Below are positions 28,288 to 38,647 of a stretch of DNA of 64,000 nucleotides, piece by piece (the stretch's first letter is position 1; the number at the start of each line of letters is the position of its first letter). The notes beneath the pieces are model-generated. The model saw only the letters and a list, made by a program, of their open reading frames with translations, was not told the origin of the DNA and made no database searches. Source of the stretch: a virus. Lineage: Duplodnaviria; Caudoviricetes. Where the stretch lies: IMG/VR virus record IMGVR_UViG_3300021400_003144; one strand, 5' to 3'. Both the position numbers and the translations under genes were made by a program.

Positions 28288-28320
28288 AAATCACCTCGAG
28301 GTAACTCGGGGTGATTTTTT
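28288..28320 (+). terminator. intrinsic terminator
   Basis: AAATCACCTCGAG / CTCGGGGTGATTT + T tract. Confidence 0.9.
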
Positions 28321-28460
28321 GTTGCATAAAATAAGATGTGGGTGTTTATGTAAGTGACATATAGGTTAAAAAATTAAGGCATTAGATTGTTTAATTGTTG
28401 TAAAAAAATTAAATTTTCAGAATATTTTGCAAATAAGATGTCGTTTTTTAAAAATTTTTA

Positions 28461-28489
28461 TTGAAAAAACGAGAAATATATGTTAAAAT
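28461..28489 (+). promoter_or_regulatory. sigma-A type promoter
   Basis: TTGAAA-17 bp-TAAAAT with TG extension. Confidence 0.6.
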
Positions 28490-28550
28490 ATATAATGAAA
28501 TTTGATTTAAGGATATAATTTTTAAGTCCAAGGAAGGGAACAATCAAACA

Positions 28551-29510
28551 ATGAAGAAAAAAATCTATGACGTAATTAAGGTAACAGTATTAAGCACAGC
28601 TATTTTTTCACTAGCTTCAATTTCAACAGTATTTGCAGGAACATGGAGACAGAACGAAAGTGGCTGGTGGTATGACAACGGAGATGGTACATTTCCTAAT
28701 AACACTTGGCAGTGGATAGATGGAAACAATGATGGAGTTGCTGAGTGTTACTATTTTTATGCTAATGGTTTAATGGCTGCTAACACAGTAACACCTGATG
28801 GTTACACAGTTAATACAGATGGAGCATGGACAGTAGACGGAAAGGTTCAGGCAAAGCATTTAAGTGGTCAGACACCAAGTTCAACAGGCTCAGCAAATGC
28901 AAATCATCAAAAGACATTGCAGGAACTCTATAATGAGAACTTTGCTAATGGAACCTTTATTGATTATAGCAATGGTGCAAGCACTGGTATCACTGGCTTA
29001 GGTGACTCTGACTCAAGTTCAAGTTCAAGTGATGTAGAAGTTAAGTCTCTTGAAGAGTATTCAGAGTCAGAGCTTTATAAGATGATTACAGGCTCTTATG
29101 ACTCTAAGACAGACCCTACAAAGGGATACAGTAATGATGAAGCTATAGACGCTGTAGTATATTTGGTAAACATTCTTAGAAGCAAGAAAGGTTTAAATGA
29201 AGTAGTAGCTGACAATACCCTCATGGAAGCAGCACAGGTGAGAGCAGAAGAGGCAACTGAGAAGTTTTCACATACAAGACCTGATGGAAGTGATTGCTTT
29301 ACAGCTCTTGATGAGGCCGGATGGCCTCAGGATACACACGCTGCTGAGAACTTAGCACAGGGTCAGAAAACTGCAATGCAAGTAATGAATGCTTGGTATC
29401 ACAGTAGTGGTCATAAGCATAACATGCTTCATGAAAAGAATGGTACAATAGGTGTTGGAATTACAGGAAGTGGCTATTCTACAACATGGTCACAGTTCTT
29501 CTCAGAATAA
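28551..29510 (+). CDS. secreted cell-wall-binding repeat + CAP (SCP) domain protein
   Basis: Signal peptide, GWWY/WQWIDGN..G..CYYF repeats, FSHTRPDG...ENLA...W..S.GH..NM. Confidence 0.88.
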   Translation: MKKKIYDVIKVTVLSTAIFSLASISTVFAGTWRQNESGWWYDNGDGTFPNNTWQWIDGNNDGVAECYYFYANGLMAANTVTPDGYTVNTDGAWTVDGKVQAKHLSGQTPSSTGSANANHQKTLQELYNENFANGTFIDYSNGASTGITGLGDSDSSSSSSDVEVKSLEEYSESELYKMITGSYDSKTDPTKGYSNDEAIDAVVYLVNILRSKKGLNEVVADNTLMEAAQVRAEEATEKFSHTRPDGSDCFTALDEAGWPQDTHAAENLAQGQKTAMQVMNAWYHSSGHKHNMLHEKNGTIGVGITGSGYSTTWSQFFSE

Positions 29511-29530
29511 CTTTTAAACTATAAGTTGGT

Positions 29531-29570
29531 TGACTGGTTCTGTTAATAGAACCAGTCATAATTTTTTTTT
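29531..29570 (+). terminator. intrinsic terminator
   Basis: TGACTGGTTCT / AGAACCAGTCA + T tract. Confidence 0.75.
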
Positions 29571-29589
29571 GAAAGGTAGTTTTAAGGTT

Positions 29590-30597
29590 ATGAGAAAATT
29601 AAGTTTAGCATTAAGTACAGTAATTCTTTCAGTAGTATCAATTTCAACAGCATTTGCAGGTTCTTGGAAACAGGACACATTAGGTTGGAAATACATTAAT
29701 GATGATGGTTCAGACTTAAAGAGTCAGTGGGCTTGGATAGATGGAAACAATGACGGTATAGCAGAGTCTTATTACTTCGATGAAAGAGGCTATATGGCTG
29801 CCAACAGGGATGTAGGTGGCTATTGGGTAAATGCAGATGGACAGTGGGTTGATATGTACGGAACTGTACAGACAAAGGTTGTAAATAACAATATGCCTAT
29901 TGCTCCTGTAACTCAGACAGGAAACACCAGTACAGGCAATATTTATGACAATATGTCAATTGCGGAATTGTGTAATGTTCTTAACAATCTTCAAATGGGA
30001 ACTCAGGAATGGTTTACAGTTAATGAAATATTAAACAATAAAATAAATACAGAAAAACAAAATAAAGCAACTGAATATGATAACATGGATTATGATGATT
30101 TAAAGCAGATAGTCACAGATTCATGCATGGCAGGCACTCCTAATCTTCAAGCTATGGAAGCTTTGTCAAGAGCTGATGCAGCAGGAAAATGGAAAACAAG
30201 TAAAAAGGGTATGGCAATGAATTACAATACTGATATTAATGAAATGAGAGAATACATTCTCGATAAAATCAATGAATATCGTGCAGAAAAGGGCAGAACC
30301 TTACTTGAGCTGGATGATGAGCTAACTGATTATGCTCAGACAAGAGCAGAAGAAGCTGATATAAAATTCAGTCATACAAGACCTGATGGCTCAAACTGTC
30401 TTGACGAACTTTGGGAGATGTATCCAAATCATATTATGAATGAAAACCTTGCAACAGCATTTGCTTACAAAGATGTAGCAAAATCATGGTATAACAGCAA
30501 AGGTCATAAGAAAAATATGCTTGATAGCAGAATTGATAGATGCGGTATCGGTATATATAACGATACTTTCGCTTTTATTGGTTTACAGGATAAATAA
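29590..30597 (+). CDS. secreted cell-wall-binding repeat + CAP domain protein (paralog of 28551)
   Basis: Same architecture; ATG at 29590 gives a proper signal peptide. Confidence 0.88.
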   Translation: MRKLSLALSTVILSVVSISTAFAGSWKQDTLGWKYINDDGSDLKSQWAWIDGNNDGIAESYYFDERGYMAANRDVGGYWVNADGQWVDMYGTVQTKVVNNNMPIAPVTQTGNTSTGNIYDNMSIAELCNVLNNLQMGTQEWFTVNEILNNKINTEKQNKATEYDNMDYDDLKQIVTDSCMAGTPNLQAMEALSRADAAGKWKTSKKGMAMNYNTDINEMREYILDKINEYRAEKGRTLLELDDELTDYAQTRAEEADIKFSHTRPDGSNCLDELWEMYPNHIMNENLATAFAYKDVAKSWYNSKGHKKNMLDSRIDRCGIGIYNDTFAFIGLQDK

Positions 30598-30622
30598 TCA
30601 AATATTTTAATAATAAAGACAT

Positions 30623-30678
30623 ATAAACTTAATTTGTGCTTATTGATAGTAAATAAGTATAAATTAAGTTTATTTTTG
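30623..30678 (+). terminator. intrinsic terminator
   Basis: ATAAACTTAATTT / AAATTAAGTTTAT long stem + T tract. Confidence 0.7.
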
Positions 30679-30694
30679 TTTTGGAGGGAGAGTA

Positions 30695-31045
30695 ATGCTA
30701 TACATTACTAGTTGGATTAAAGAGTTAGAAAATAAGCATAAAGAAAATTCAGAGACATTTAAAAGACTTAAGAATAACTATAGGAGTAATGGACTGGACT
30801 CCTATAGGATTGACAAAGAATTTAAGGAAGAGGATGATGAGTTTACCACTAAGAAAGAGTTACTGACTAAGTTAAACAATATAGTAGACTTAGATAAAAA
30901 GTATTCTAATGCTGAAGAAAAGAAGCTAAGAGTAGGTGAAGATGTTAAGATGGCTTATTTTGAAGCAATTAGGGCTATCTTAAATAATGAAGATGCAGAT
31001 GATAAAATAAATAAATTTGAAAGTTTAATTAAATTAGGGGAGTAA
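30695..31045 (+). CDS. hypothetical protein
   Basis: GGAGG RBS; similar to ORF 22489. Confidence 0.7.
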   Translation: MLYITSWIKELENKHKENSETFKRLKNNYRSNGLDSYRIDKEFKEEDDEFTTKKELLTKLNNIVDLDKKYSNAEEKKLRVGEDVKMAYFEAIRAILNNEDADDKINKFESLIKLGE

Positions 31046-31050
31046 GATAA

Positions 31051-31833
31051 ATGAAGGACATTATGAAGAAGAGTTTTTATACTCTTGATAATGAAATGCG
31101 AGCATATGAGAGTGTTTTAGAACAGAAGATTTTACCTGAGATGTTCATGGTGGCTAGACTGGATGGCAGGGGATTTAGTAAGCTGACAGCTGAAACATTG
31201 AAGTTAGACAAGCCATTTGATGATAGATTCAGAGATTGGATGATAGAGGTCACAAAGAGTTTGGTAAATAACAGTGGATTTAATATAGTGTATGCATATA
31301 CTCAGAGTGATGAGATTAGTTTACTCTTTAGACTTGATGAAAATGCTTTTAATAGGAGGATTAGGAAATATAATAGTTTACTGGCTGGACTTGCAAGTGC
31401 TGAAATGAGCATGTTAATTGGAAGAGTAGTAACTTTTGATTGTAACATGACAGCATTTCCAAAGATGTCTCAAGTTACAGAGTATTTCAGATGGAGGCAG
31501 GAAGATTGTAACAGAAATACATTAAATGGATATTGCTATTGGACATTAAGAAAAGAGGGTAAGTCAGCAAGAGAAGTAACAAGGATTCTTACAGGTAAGG
31601 GTGTAGCATTTAAGAATGAGTTATTGTTTGAGCATGGTATCAACTATAATGATGTTGAAGCTTGGAAGAAACGTGGAGTAGGCATATATTTTAAGACTGA
31701 GCTAAAGGATGGATATAATCCAATCACTAAGGAAGAAGTTAAGACTCTAAGAAATAAGATGATAGTTGATTATGAGCTTCCTTATGGTGATGATTACTTA
31801 AAATTTATAATGGAGATTACTCCTGATAGATAA
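31051..31833 (+). CDS. thg1: tRNA(His) guanylyltransferase Thg1-like protein (3'-5' polymerase)
   Basis: RLDGRGFSKLT, KPFD, YTQSDEISL, FDC, YFRWRQED..RN, GINYN. Confidence 0.92.
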   Translation: MKDIMKKSFYTLDNEMRAYESVLEQKILPEMFMVARLDGRGFSKLTAETLKLDKPFDDRFRDWMIEVTKSLVNNSGFNIVYAYTQSDEISLLFRLDENAFNRRIRKYNSLLAGLASAEMSMLIGRVVTFDCNMTAFPKMSQVTEYFRWRQEDCNRNTLNGYCYWTLRKEGKSAREVTRILTGKGVAFKNELLFEHGINYNDVEAWKKRGVGIYFKTELKDGYNPITKEEVKTLRNKMIVDYELPYGDDYLKFIMEITPDR

Positions 31834-31847
31834 GAGGTGCAAGTAGT

Positions 31848-32057
31848 ATGAATAAGAAGTATTATGTAGAAGTTTATGAGGACAATCAGAATATAGGGTT
31901 ATTACAGCAGTCAAGTGTATATTATCATAAGATAACATGGACAAACAAATTAGAAGATGCTAGAGCATTTGATGATGAAAGTAGAGCTAAGAGTACAGCT
32001 AACTTGGTAGAAATGTTGAGCGGTAAGAAGTATAAAGGTAAAGTTGTTTATATGTGA
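31848..32057 (+). CDS. hypothetical protein
   Basis: GAGGTG RBS. Confidence 0.65.
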   Translation: MNKKYYVEVYEDNQNIGLLQQSSVYYHKITWTNKLEDARAFDDESRAKSTANLVEMLSGKKYKGKVVYM

Positions 32058-32095
32058 GTACCTTGGATTTGGTTTGTTAGGACAGGAGGTTTAAT

Positions 32096-32917
32096 ATGGA
32101 AGGACGTGACATACTTAAAATTGCTTCTGGTGTTTTCTTAGGAGCAGTTATAGTTATAGGTTGTAAAGAGGGCATGCTTAAAGATGTTCAGGACACAAGA
32201 TATGTGAAGATAGAAGATGCATCTGATAAAACTGATAACATTATATCAACTGATGGTGAAGCAAGTATAAAGGTTGTTCCAGATATGTTTGACCTTGAGT
32301 TTGGAGTTAAGTACTTTGGTGAAGATGGTGCAATAGCTCAGGATAAAGTTAATACAAATGTGAATACTATTATAGCATCTTTAAAAGAGCTTGGTGTTGA
32401 TGAGAAGAGCATTAAGGTTGAGGATGTTATACTTAATCCTGAGTATTATAGTCCTAGATATGGAACTGATGAATACAAAGAGCCTGAGTTAAAAGGATAT
32501 TGGGCTACAGTTAATGTTAGCTTAGACGGAGTTGATTTAGATAAGTCAAGTGAAGTTATTAGTAAGTGCGTTGAGAATGGTGCTGATAACTTAAATGGAC
32601 TCAATTATAGATATAGTGAATATGATAAGGTGTATAATGAAGCTCTTAAAGAAGCATCTAAGCAGGCTAAGGATAAAGCAAGTGCTGTAGCTGAAGCTCT
32701 TGGTGTTAGTATTGATGATGTTAAGACAGTTAATACAGAATATGATGGTAATGATAGAGTTTATGTAGATACATATTCTTTAAAGGCTATGAACAATACT
32801 AATGATGCTGGAGCAGTTACAGAATTGACAAATGAGCCTGGTGAGATTGAAGTAACAGCTAGAGTTCATGCTGAGTTTACTACAAAACCTGAGAAAAGAA
32901 TATATGAGCAGGGTTGA
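32096..32917 (+). CDS. SIMPL (DUF541) domain protein
   Basis: I.TDGEASIKVVPD...GV, GY.AT..V, GAD.L.GL.Y, AL.EA...AK.KA...A..LGV, PGEIEVTARV. Confidence 0.88.
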   Translation: MEGRDILKIASGVFLGAVIVIGCKEGMLKDVQDTRYVKIEDASDKTDNIISTDGEASIKVVPDMFDLEFGVKYFGEDGAIAQDKVNTNVNTIIASLKELGVDEKSIKVEDVILNPEYYSPRYGTDEYKEPELKGYWATVNVSLDGVDLDKSSEVISKCVENGADNLNGLNYRYSEYDKVYNEALKEASKQAKDKASAVAEALGVSIDDVKTVNTEYDGNDRVYVDTYSLKAMNNTNDAGAVTELTNEPGEIEVTARVHAEFTTKPEKRIYEQG

Positions 32918-33599
32918 TAGAATTGAGGGCAAAGGTATGTTTGAGAGTGACAGATATAAAAACTATAGAAATCCTGCTTATAGAAATATAGCTGGTACGA
33001 GAAGAAATGGTCATGTAATAGATAACTTTCAGTTTAATGCTAATAATGTAGTACATTATGATGAAAGTGATATACATGGAGATTTACTTTATAATAGGAA
33101 TTTAGACTGGGTTGGAAATTCAACTATACTAGGAGTTTATGATTACATAGGTAAGAAAGCACCTTATATGGTATTAGACATTAAGAGTGCAAGCAAGGAG
33201 TTACTTAATAGTTACTTTGATAGTAGATATAGAGCTATGAATAGTGTATGGTGTCATTCACCTGGTATCATTGCTGATTGTGAGAATAACAAAGTAATTA
33301 AGATTAAGGCTTTGATAGGATTTGTACCTATTGAAAATATTAATGATGAACTGTTAGGAGAGTACATATTTAATTATCTATCAGACATAAGAAATGTGTG
33401 TACTCATTTCAGATTAAATGTAAATTTTAAGTTGTATCTTAAGAAAACCGATGGTAAGAAGTATACAGAAGTTGGTGTGACAGAGTTTATATCAGAAGTA
33501 CCATTGAAGTATAACGGAAAGTACAGTGAAGCTGAAGTGAGATACAAAGTTAATGAAAATGAGAAACTATTAATGCACATAGGTTCTATTGAGAGCTAA
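32868..33599 (+). CDS. hypothetical protein
   Basis: 243-aa ORF; start probably near 32904. Confidence 0.7.
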   Translation: MLSLLQNLRKEYMSRVDRIEGKGMFESDRYKNYRNPAYRNIAGTRRNGHVIDNFQFNANNVVHYDESDIHGDLLYNRNLDWVGNSTILGVYDYIGKKAPYMVLDIKSASKELLNSYFDSRYRAMNSVWCHSPGIIADCENNKVIKIKALIGFVPIENINDELLGEYIFNYLSDIRNVCTHFRLNVNFKLYLKKTDGKKYTEVGVTEFISEVPLKYNGKYSEAEVRYKVNENEKLLMHIGSIES

Positions 33600-33610
33600 G
33601 ATTAGAGAAT

Positions 33611-33643
33611 AAAGAGCATCTGAAAAGGTGCTCTTTAATTTTT
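33611..33643 (+). terminator. intrinsic terminator
   Basis: AAAGAGCATC / GGTGCTCTTT stem + T-rich tract. Confidence 0.75.
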
Positions 33644-33658
33644 ATTTATAAAAATATA

Positions 33659-33687
33659 TTGACAAAACTAAAATTAAGTTATATAAT
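33659..33687 (+). promoter_or_regulatory. consensus sigma-A promoter
   Basis: TTGACA-17 bp-TATAAT. Confidence 0.9.
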
Positions 33688-33704
33688 ATAAAAAGTTAAT
33701 AAGA

Positions 33705-34412
33705 TTGAGAGGAACAAATATAATGAATAAGTTTATGAGGTCAAGAAAAGTAAAGTCTTTTGTAATTATAGGAATGATACTTTGCATGGTTTTAACAGGC
33801 ATCTGTAGTATGACAAGTTTAGCAGCTGAAAGAGTTAAGATTGCTTGTGTTGGTGATAGCAATACATATGGAAAAGGAGTAAGTAACAAAGGAGTTGACT
33901 CATATCCAGCTCAGTTACAGAGTATGCTTGGAGATATGTATGAGGTTAAAAACTTTGGTTTAAGTAATGCATCAGTTGAAACTGGTTCGACACTGTGTTA
34001 TACAGAGAGTGACAAGTATATTGATGCTGTAGAATACAATGCCGATAAGTATATACTTATGTTTGGAACAAATGATGCAAAGCTTGTAAACTATAAGGGC
34101 AAAGATAAGTTTAAGAGTGACTATAAGAATATGATAGAGAAGTTTGGAAAAGATAAGGTTATTCTTATGGAAATTGCTCCAGTCAATTATAGTAAAGATG
34201 TTGTCTTTGATAAAGAGTGGACTACTCCAGAGATGGTTGATGAAATTAATGGTTTAATTAGAGAGATTGCAGCTGAGGAAGGAGTTAAGCTCGTAAGAAA
34301 TTATGATGAACTTAATAAGATTAAACCAGTAGTCATTGTCGAAGATGGAGTACATATGAATAAAACTGGATTAGCAATGGTTGCAAATAATGTGTATGAA
34401 GAGTTAGTCTAA
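33705..34412 (+). CDS. secreted GDSL/SGNH esterase
   Basis: IACVGDSNTYG, NFG.S, FGTND, DGVH. Confidence 0.9.
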   Translation: MRGTNIMNKFMRSRKVKSFVIIGMILCMVLTGICSMTSLAAERVKIACVGDSNTYGKGVSNKGVDSYPAQLQSMLGDMYEVKNFGLSNASVETGSTLCYTESDKYIDAVEYNADKYILMFGTNDAKLVNYKGKDKFKSDYKNMIEKFGKDKVILMEIAPVNYSKDVVFDKEWTTPEMVDEINGLIREIAAEEGVKLVRNYDELNKIKPVVIVEDGVHMNKTGLAMVANNVYEELV

Positions 34413-34430
34413 GAGGATAGTGGGTTTGAT

Positions 34431-35039
34431 ATGTATACAGATAATGATATAAATAAAGCTATAGAAATAATAGCTAAAAACAGTAATATTGATATGTATA
34501 CATATCAAGGATTAAATAATCAAATAGATGATTTAGAGAAGCTTAAGAATTTAGAGATAAATCTTAAGCTTAATGAAGTATATGGCAGGAGTGAATTAAG
34601 AGAAGCTATAGAGATATATAAAAGTGCATATGGAGAGGATAAGTTAGTTCAGATAATAAACAAATTAAACATAGATAAGATTAAAGATGGGCTAAAGATA
34701 ATAAATAAGTTATATAAAGAGTACATTAAGGATAAAAATAGTGACTGTTGTAAAATAGAGAGAAATGCTTTTACACCAGTTTTGAGCATATTGGATATAG
34801 ATAATATACATGATATAGTTACCTATGTATCAGAAGATGATTTGTATAAGTCATATGGTTGTTTTGAGAATATCATTGCTGTTAGATATGTAGAAGGTAA
34901 GTTTAAGTTAGAACATCTGTATATAAATAAGGATAGGCAGATAGAAGAGATATATAGTTCAGTAGATATAGATGGAGAGAGTTTATTTGAGATTAGAGCT
35001 TTTAAATTTTATGTAGATAGCTTTGTAGCAAATTATTAG
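34431..35039 (+). CDS. hypothetical protein
   Basis: 202-aa ORF. Confidence 0.7.
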   Translation: MYTDNDINKAIEIIAKNSNIDMYTYQGLNNQIDDLEKLKNLEINLKLNEVYGRSELREAIEIYKSAYGEDKLVQIINKLNIDKIKDGLKIINKLYKEYIKDKNSDCCKIERNAFTPVLSILDIDNIHDIVTYVSEDDLYKSYGCFENIIAVRYVEGKFKLEHLYINKDRQIEEIYSSVDIDGESLFEIRAFKFYVDSFVANY

Positions 35040-35162
35040 GAGCAGTAGTAAAACAAAACAAATGTTTGGGATTAGAAAAAATAAAACAAATGTTTTGGTA
35101 TAAAAAAGTTGAGTAAAAAAGAAGTGCTTATGGACATATGGAAAATGATATACAGTGTAAAT

Positions 35163-35335
35163 AGACATAAAAGTTAAAAATGAGGGGCAGTCACGGAGCA
35201 GTGAATTGATTTTAGCTATTTTAAAAAATAAATATGGTTGACGATTAGTTTTAGGTAAGATTGAATTATAAATTAATCATATGAATGAAATGGTATGCAG
35301 TTGGAATAGAATTAGAGAGTTTGAGAGAGTGACTT
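35163..35335. repeat. dispersed intergenic element, copy 2
   Basis: TAAAAGTTAAAAA (35168), GATTAGTTTTAGGTAA (35243), TTGAGAGAGTGA (35321). Confidence 0.65.
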
Positions 35336-35398
35336 GGAAAATTAAAGGATGAGCATGTTGAAATAGGCATAAAATTAAAGGTTTGGACATATAAGGTA

Positions 35399-35439
35399 TA
35401 GGAAGTCAGTTGAGAAAACTAAGCTGACTTCCTATTTTT
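35399..35439 (+). terminator. intrinsic terminator
   Basis: TAGGAAGTCAG / CTGACTTCCTA + T tract. Confidence 0.85.
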
Positions 35440-35581
35440 GTAAGTATCTAATATTAGTAATTAGTGTAGGCTTTGAAATAGTATTTGGTATATTTAAGAA
35501 TTAATTTTAATTGTTTGAATATAATGCAGTTGAAAGATTGATGTGCAGTAAGCAATTAAAGTAAATACATAAGGAGATATT

Positions 35582-36874
35582 ATGTACAGCAAGATTAAAA
35601 ATATCAGGATAAAGAATTTTAAGAACCTTGGTGAAGTGACTGTAGACTTCACAAAATCACCTATAGTAACATTATTAGGTGAGAATGAATCAGGTAAATC
35701 TTCTATTATCAAGGCTTTTGCAGTGCTTGGGGCAAATGCTTATAGTGCTAAGCATAATAAGTATGTGAGAAATGGCACTAATGGTTTTGGAATTGCTTGT
35801 GAATTAGAGGATGGTACAGTAATAACAAGAATTAGAAAGCCAGGATATAATGGGTTTACTATAAGAGATAAAGACGGTAATTTATTGAGTGAGCCTGCTG
35901 ATAAGATTGATAGAGGCTCTGGTATTCCAGTTGAGATAGAGAAGTATATGGGTATTATACTTGAGCCAGAGACTAAGGAACTTCTTCAGATTAGGACTTA
36001 TGCTGACCAGCTTCTGTTTGTACTTACTAAGGGTAGTGAAAACTATAAGGTTATGTACAATGCACTTAAGGTTAAGAATATTACAAAGGCGATTAACATT
36101 GGTAATCAGAAAGCCAATGAGTGTAGAAGAGTAATAACTAATGATGAAGTTGCAGTTTCTACAATTAAAGGTGTAATCAATAATATTAAAATTATTGACA
36201 TTGATAATGCTGTTAGGGTAAAGTCAATTATAAAGGATAAGCTGGCTATAATTGAAAAGCTTGAGAGAGTTAAGGAACTGATAGATAGAAATGAAGCAAT
36301 AAAGCATAATATTGGGGTTTATGCTGAACTTAGTGAGGCATCTGAGATAAATGAGGGTATCTCCTATAAAATTAATAGAATAGGACAACTTCTTGAAGAT
36401 GCAGCTAGGATTAGTGAGAAATCAAGTAGATTTACAGAATTACCAAGTATTAGTGAAATAGACTTGAGTGCAACTAGTAAGTTGAGTAGACTGGTATCTC
36501 TAACAGATGATGTAAAGACTAAGGAGATTACTGGTAAGTCCTATATTGATTTAGTAAATATAAGTGAAATACACTTTGATTCAGATAAGTTTGAGAATAT
36601 TATAAATAGATTAAGGACAGTTGGGGATTTAACAAGTACATTAGGAAAATATTCGGAATTATTGGATAAGTTTGACGAAATTAATATTGGTAATGTTACA
36701 ACAGAAGAGAGTATCATTACATATATAAATAAGAACACTGAGCTTCAGAATGAATACAACAGATTTAATGAAGAGGCAGCAAATTATTACGAGGAGATTA
36801 AAAAGTCTGGGGCTATAGTTACAAACTGTCCTAATTGCGGTGAGACAGTTGTAGTAGACCCTAGTCTAAACTAA
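35582..36874 (+). CDS. SbcC/Rad50-like ATPase, N-terminal half ending at the Zn hook
   Basis: I.IKNFKN, Walker A GENESGKS, helical repeats, terminal CPNC; no Walker B. Confidence 0.85.
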   Translation: MYSKIKNIRIKNFKNLGEVTVDFTKSPIVTLLGENESGKSSIIKAFAVLGANAYSAKHNKYVRNGTNGFGIACELEDGTVITRIRKPGYNGFTIRDKDGNLLSEPADKIDRGSGIPVEIEKYMGIILEPETKELLQIRTYADQLLFVLTKGSENYKVMYNALKVKNITKAINIGNQKANECRRVITNDEVAVSTIKGVINNIKIIDIDNAVRVKSIIKDKLAIIEKLERVKELIDRNEAIKHNIGVYAELSEASEINEGISYKINRIGQLLEDAARISEKSSRFTELPSISEIDLSATSKLSRLVSLTDDVKTKEITGKSYIDLVNISEIHFDSDKFENIINRLRTVGDLTSTLGKYSELLDKFDEINIGNVTTEESIITYINKNTELQNEYNRFNEEAANYYEEIKKSGAIVTNCPNCGETVVVDPSLN

Positions 36875-36892
36875 AGTAGGTAGGGTAAATAT

Positions 36893-37186
36893 ATGAGTAA
36901 AGGTAAGTTAGAGATTACAAATGTTAGAGTACATATTCTTGAGAAGAGAGGCAGAGCTAAGACACTTGCTACAGCTAGTATAACAATTGATGATAGTTTT
37001 GTTATACATGGTATTAAAATAGTAGAAGGTAAGGGAGGTTTATTTGTAGCTATGCCTAGAAAGAAGTCAGCTACAAGAGAAGCTACAGACATTGTTCATC
37101 CAACTAAGACAGAAGTAAGAAGAGAAATATCAAAAGTTGTATTAGATGAGTACTACAAAATTGTGAATAAAGATAGTAACATGTGA
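36893..37186 (+). CDS. spoVG: SpoVG family nucleic-acid-binding protein
   Basis: EITNVRV...A.ASITIDDSFVIHGIKIVEG..GLFVAMP......DIVHP....R..I...VL.EY. Confidence 0.92.
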   Translation: MSKGKLEITNVRVHILEKRGRAKTLATASITIDDSFVIHGIKIVEGKGGLFVAMPRKKSATREATDIVHPTKTEVRREISKVVLDEYYKIVNKDSNM

Positions 37187-37342
37187 TACATTTAAAAGGC
37201 AATTATTAAATTACTATATATTTTGTTGAAAATTTAAGGATTATTGACTAAATATAGTATAAATGTACTTATATAGAGCCAATATATTGTGTATTGGTGT
37301 ATAAGTAAAATTTTCTAGATGAAAGTGAGGGAACAGATAAAA

Positions 37343-38647
37343 ATGTCGAATAGCAATAAGATTTCAGACGAACTTGAGTACAATTTACATGGATGTGTGG
37401 TTAAGAAAGATGGTACACTTGAACCTTTTGATATGCATAAGGTAATAGCAGCTATTAACAAGTCAGCAGACAGAGTTATGGTTCATTTTGATGATAATGA
37501 GCTTAACACATTTTGTAAGGAGGTTGCTGATAAAGTTAGAAAGCTATTCAAAACAAGTGATAACAAGGTCAAAATTAGTGACATGCATAAGATTGTTGAG
37601 AGTAGTCTTGAAAGCATAAATGATAATGTAGCTCAGAGTTATAGGGAGTACAGAAATTATAAGATAAACTTTGTTGGAATGATGGACAGAGTTTATAGAG
37701 AAGCTAATAACATCATGTATTTGGGAGATAGGAACAATGCAAATACAGATGCTACACTGGTAAGTACAAAGAGAAGCTTAACATATAGTGCCTTGAACAA
37801 GGAATTATATAAAAAGTTTTTCTTAAATGTTGATGAGCTTCAGGCAATTAATGACGGGTACATTTATATTCATGACATGAGTGCTAGGAGAGACACCTTT
37901 AACTGTTGCATTGCAGATATAGCCAGTATCCTTGATGGTGGATTTGAAATGGCAAATCAGTGGTACAATGAACCTAAGAGCTTGGATACAGCCTTTGATG
38001 TTATTGGTGACATTGTATTAAGTGCAGCTAGTCAGCAGTATGGTGGGTTTACAATTCCTGAGGTTGATAAGATACTTTGTAAGTATGCTAAGCTGTCTTA
38101 TAAAAAATATGAGGAAGAGTTTAAGGCTGATGGAAATAGACAGTTAGATAAGACAATAGCTGTTATGAAAGCATCTGGAGTTGATGATGATACAATTTCT
38201 GATGTTAGAGATAAGATGATTAAGAAGATAAACTCTGAAGCTAAAAAGAAAGCAACTGAGAAAGTTAGAAGATGCTTCCAGCAAGGTTTTCAGGGTTGGG
38301 AATATAAATTCAATACAGTAGGAAGCAGTAGAGGAGACTATCCATTTATAGCTTGTACATTTGGATTAGGAACAGATAAATTTGAACAGATGGCAAGCAT
38401 AGAAATGTGTAGGGTACGTGCTGGTGGTCAAGGTAAAGAAGGGTTTAAGAGATTGGTTCTGTTCCCTAAGCTGATATTCTTGTATGATAGCAAGCTGCAT
38501 GGTGAAGGCAAGAAGAACAGAGAAGTTTATTTAGAGGGTATCAAGTGTTCAAGTAAGGCTATGTATCCAGACTGGTTAAGTCTTGAACCTGGTAGTTATG
38601 TTGGAGACATGTATCAGAAATACGGAACTCCAATCAGTCCTATGGGT
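37343..38647 (+). CDS. nrdD: anaerobic (class III) ribonucleotide reductase, exon 1
   Basis: ATP cone, YIHD, FNCC, QQYGG, FPKL, ends ISPMG at the intron 5' splice site. Confidence 0.93.
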
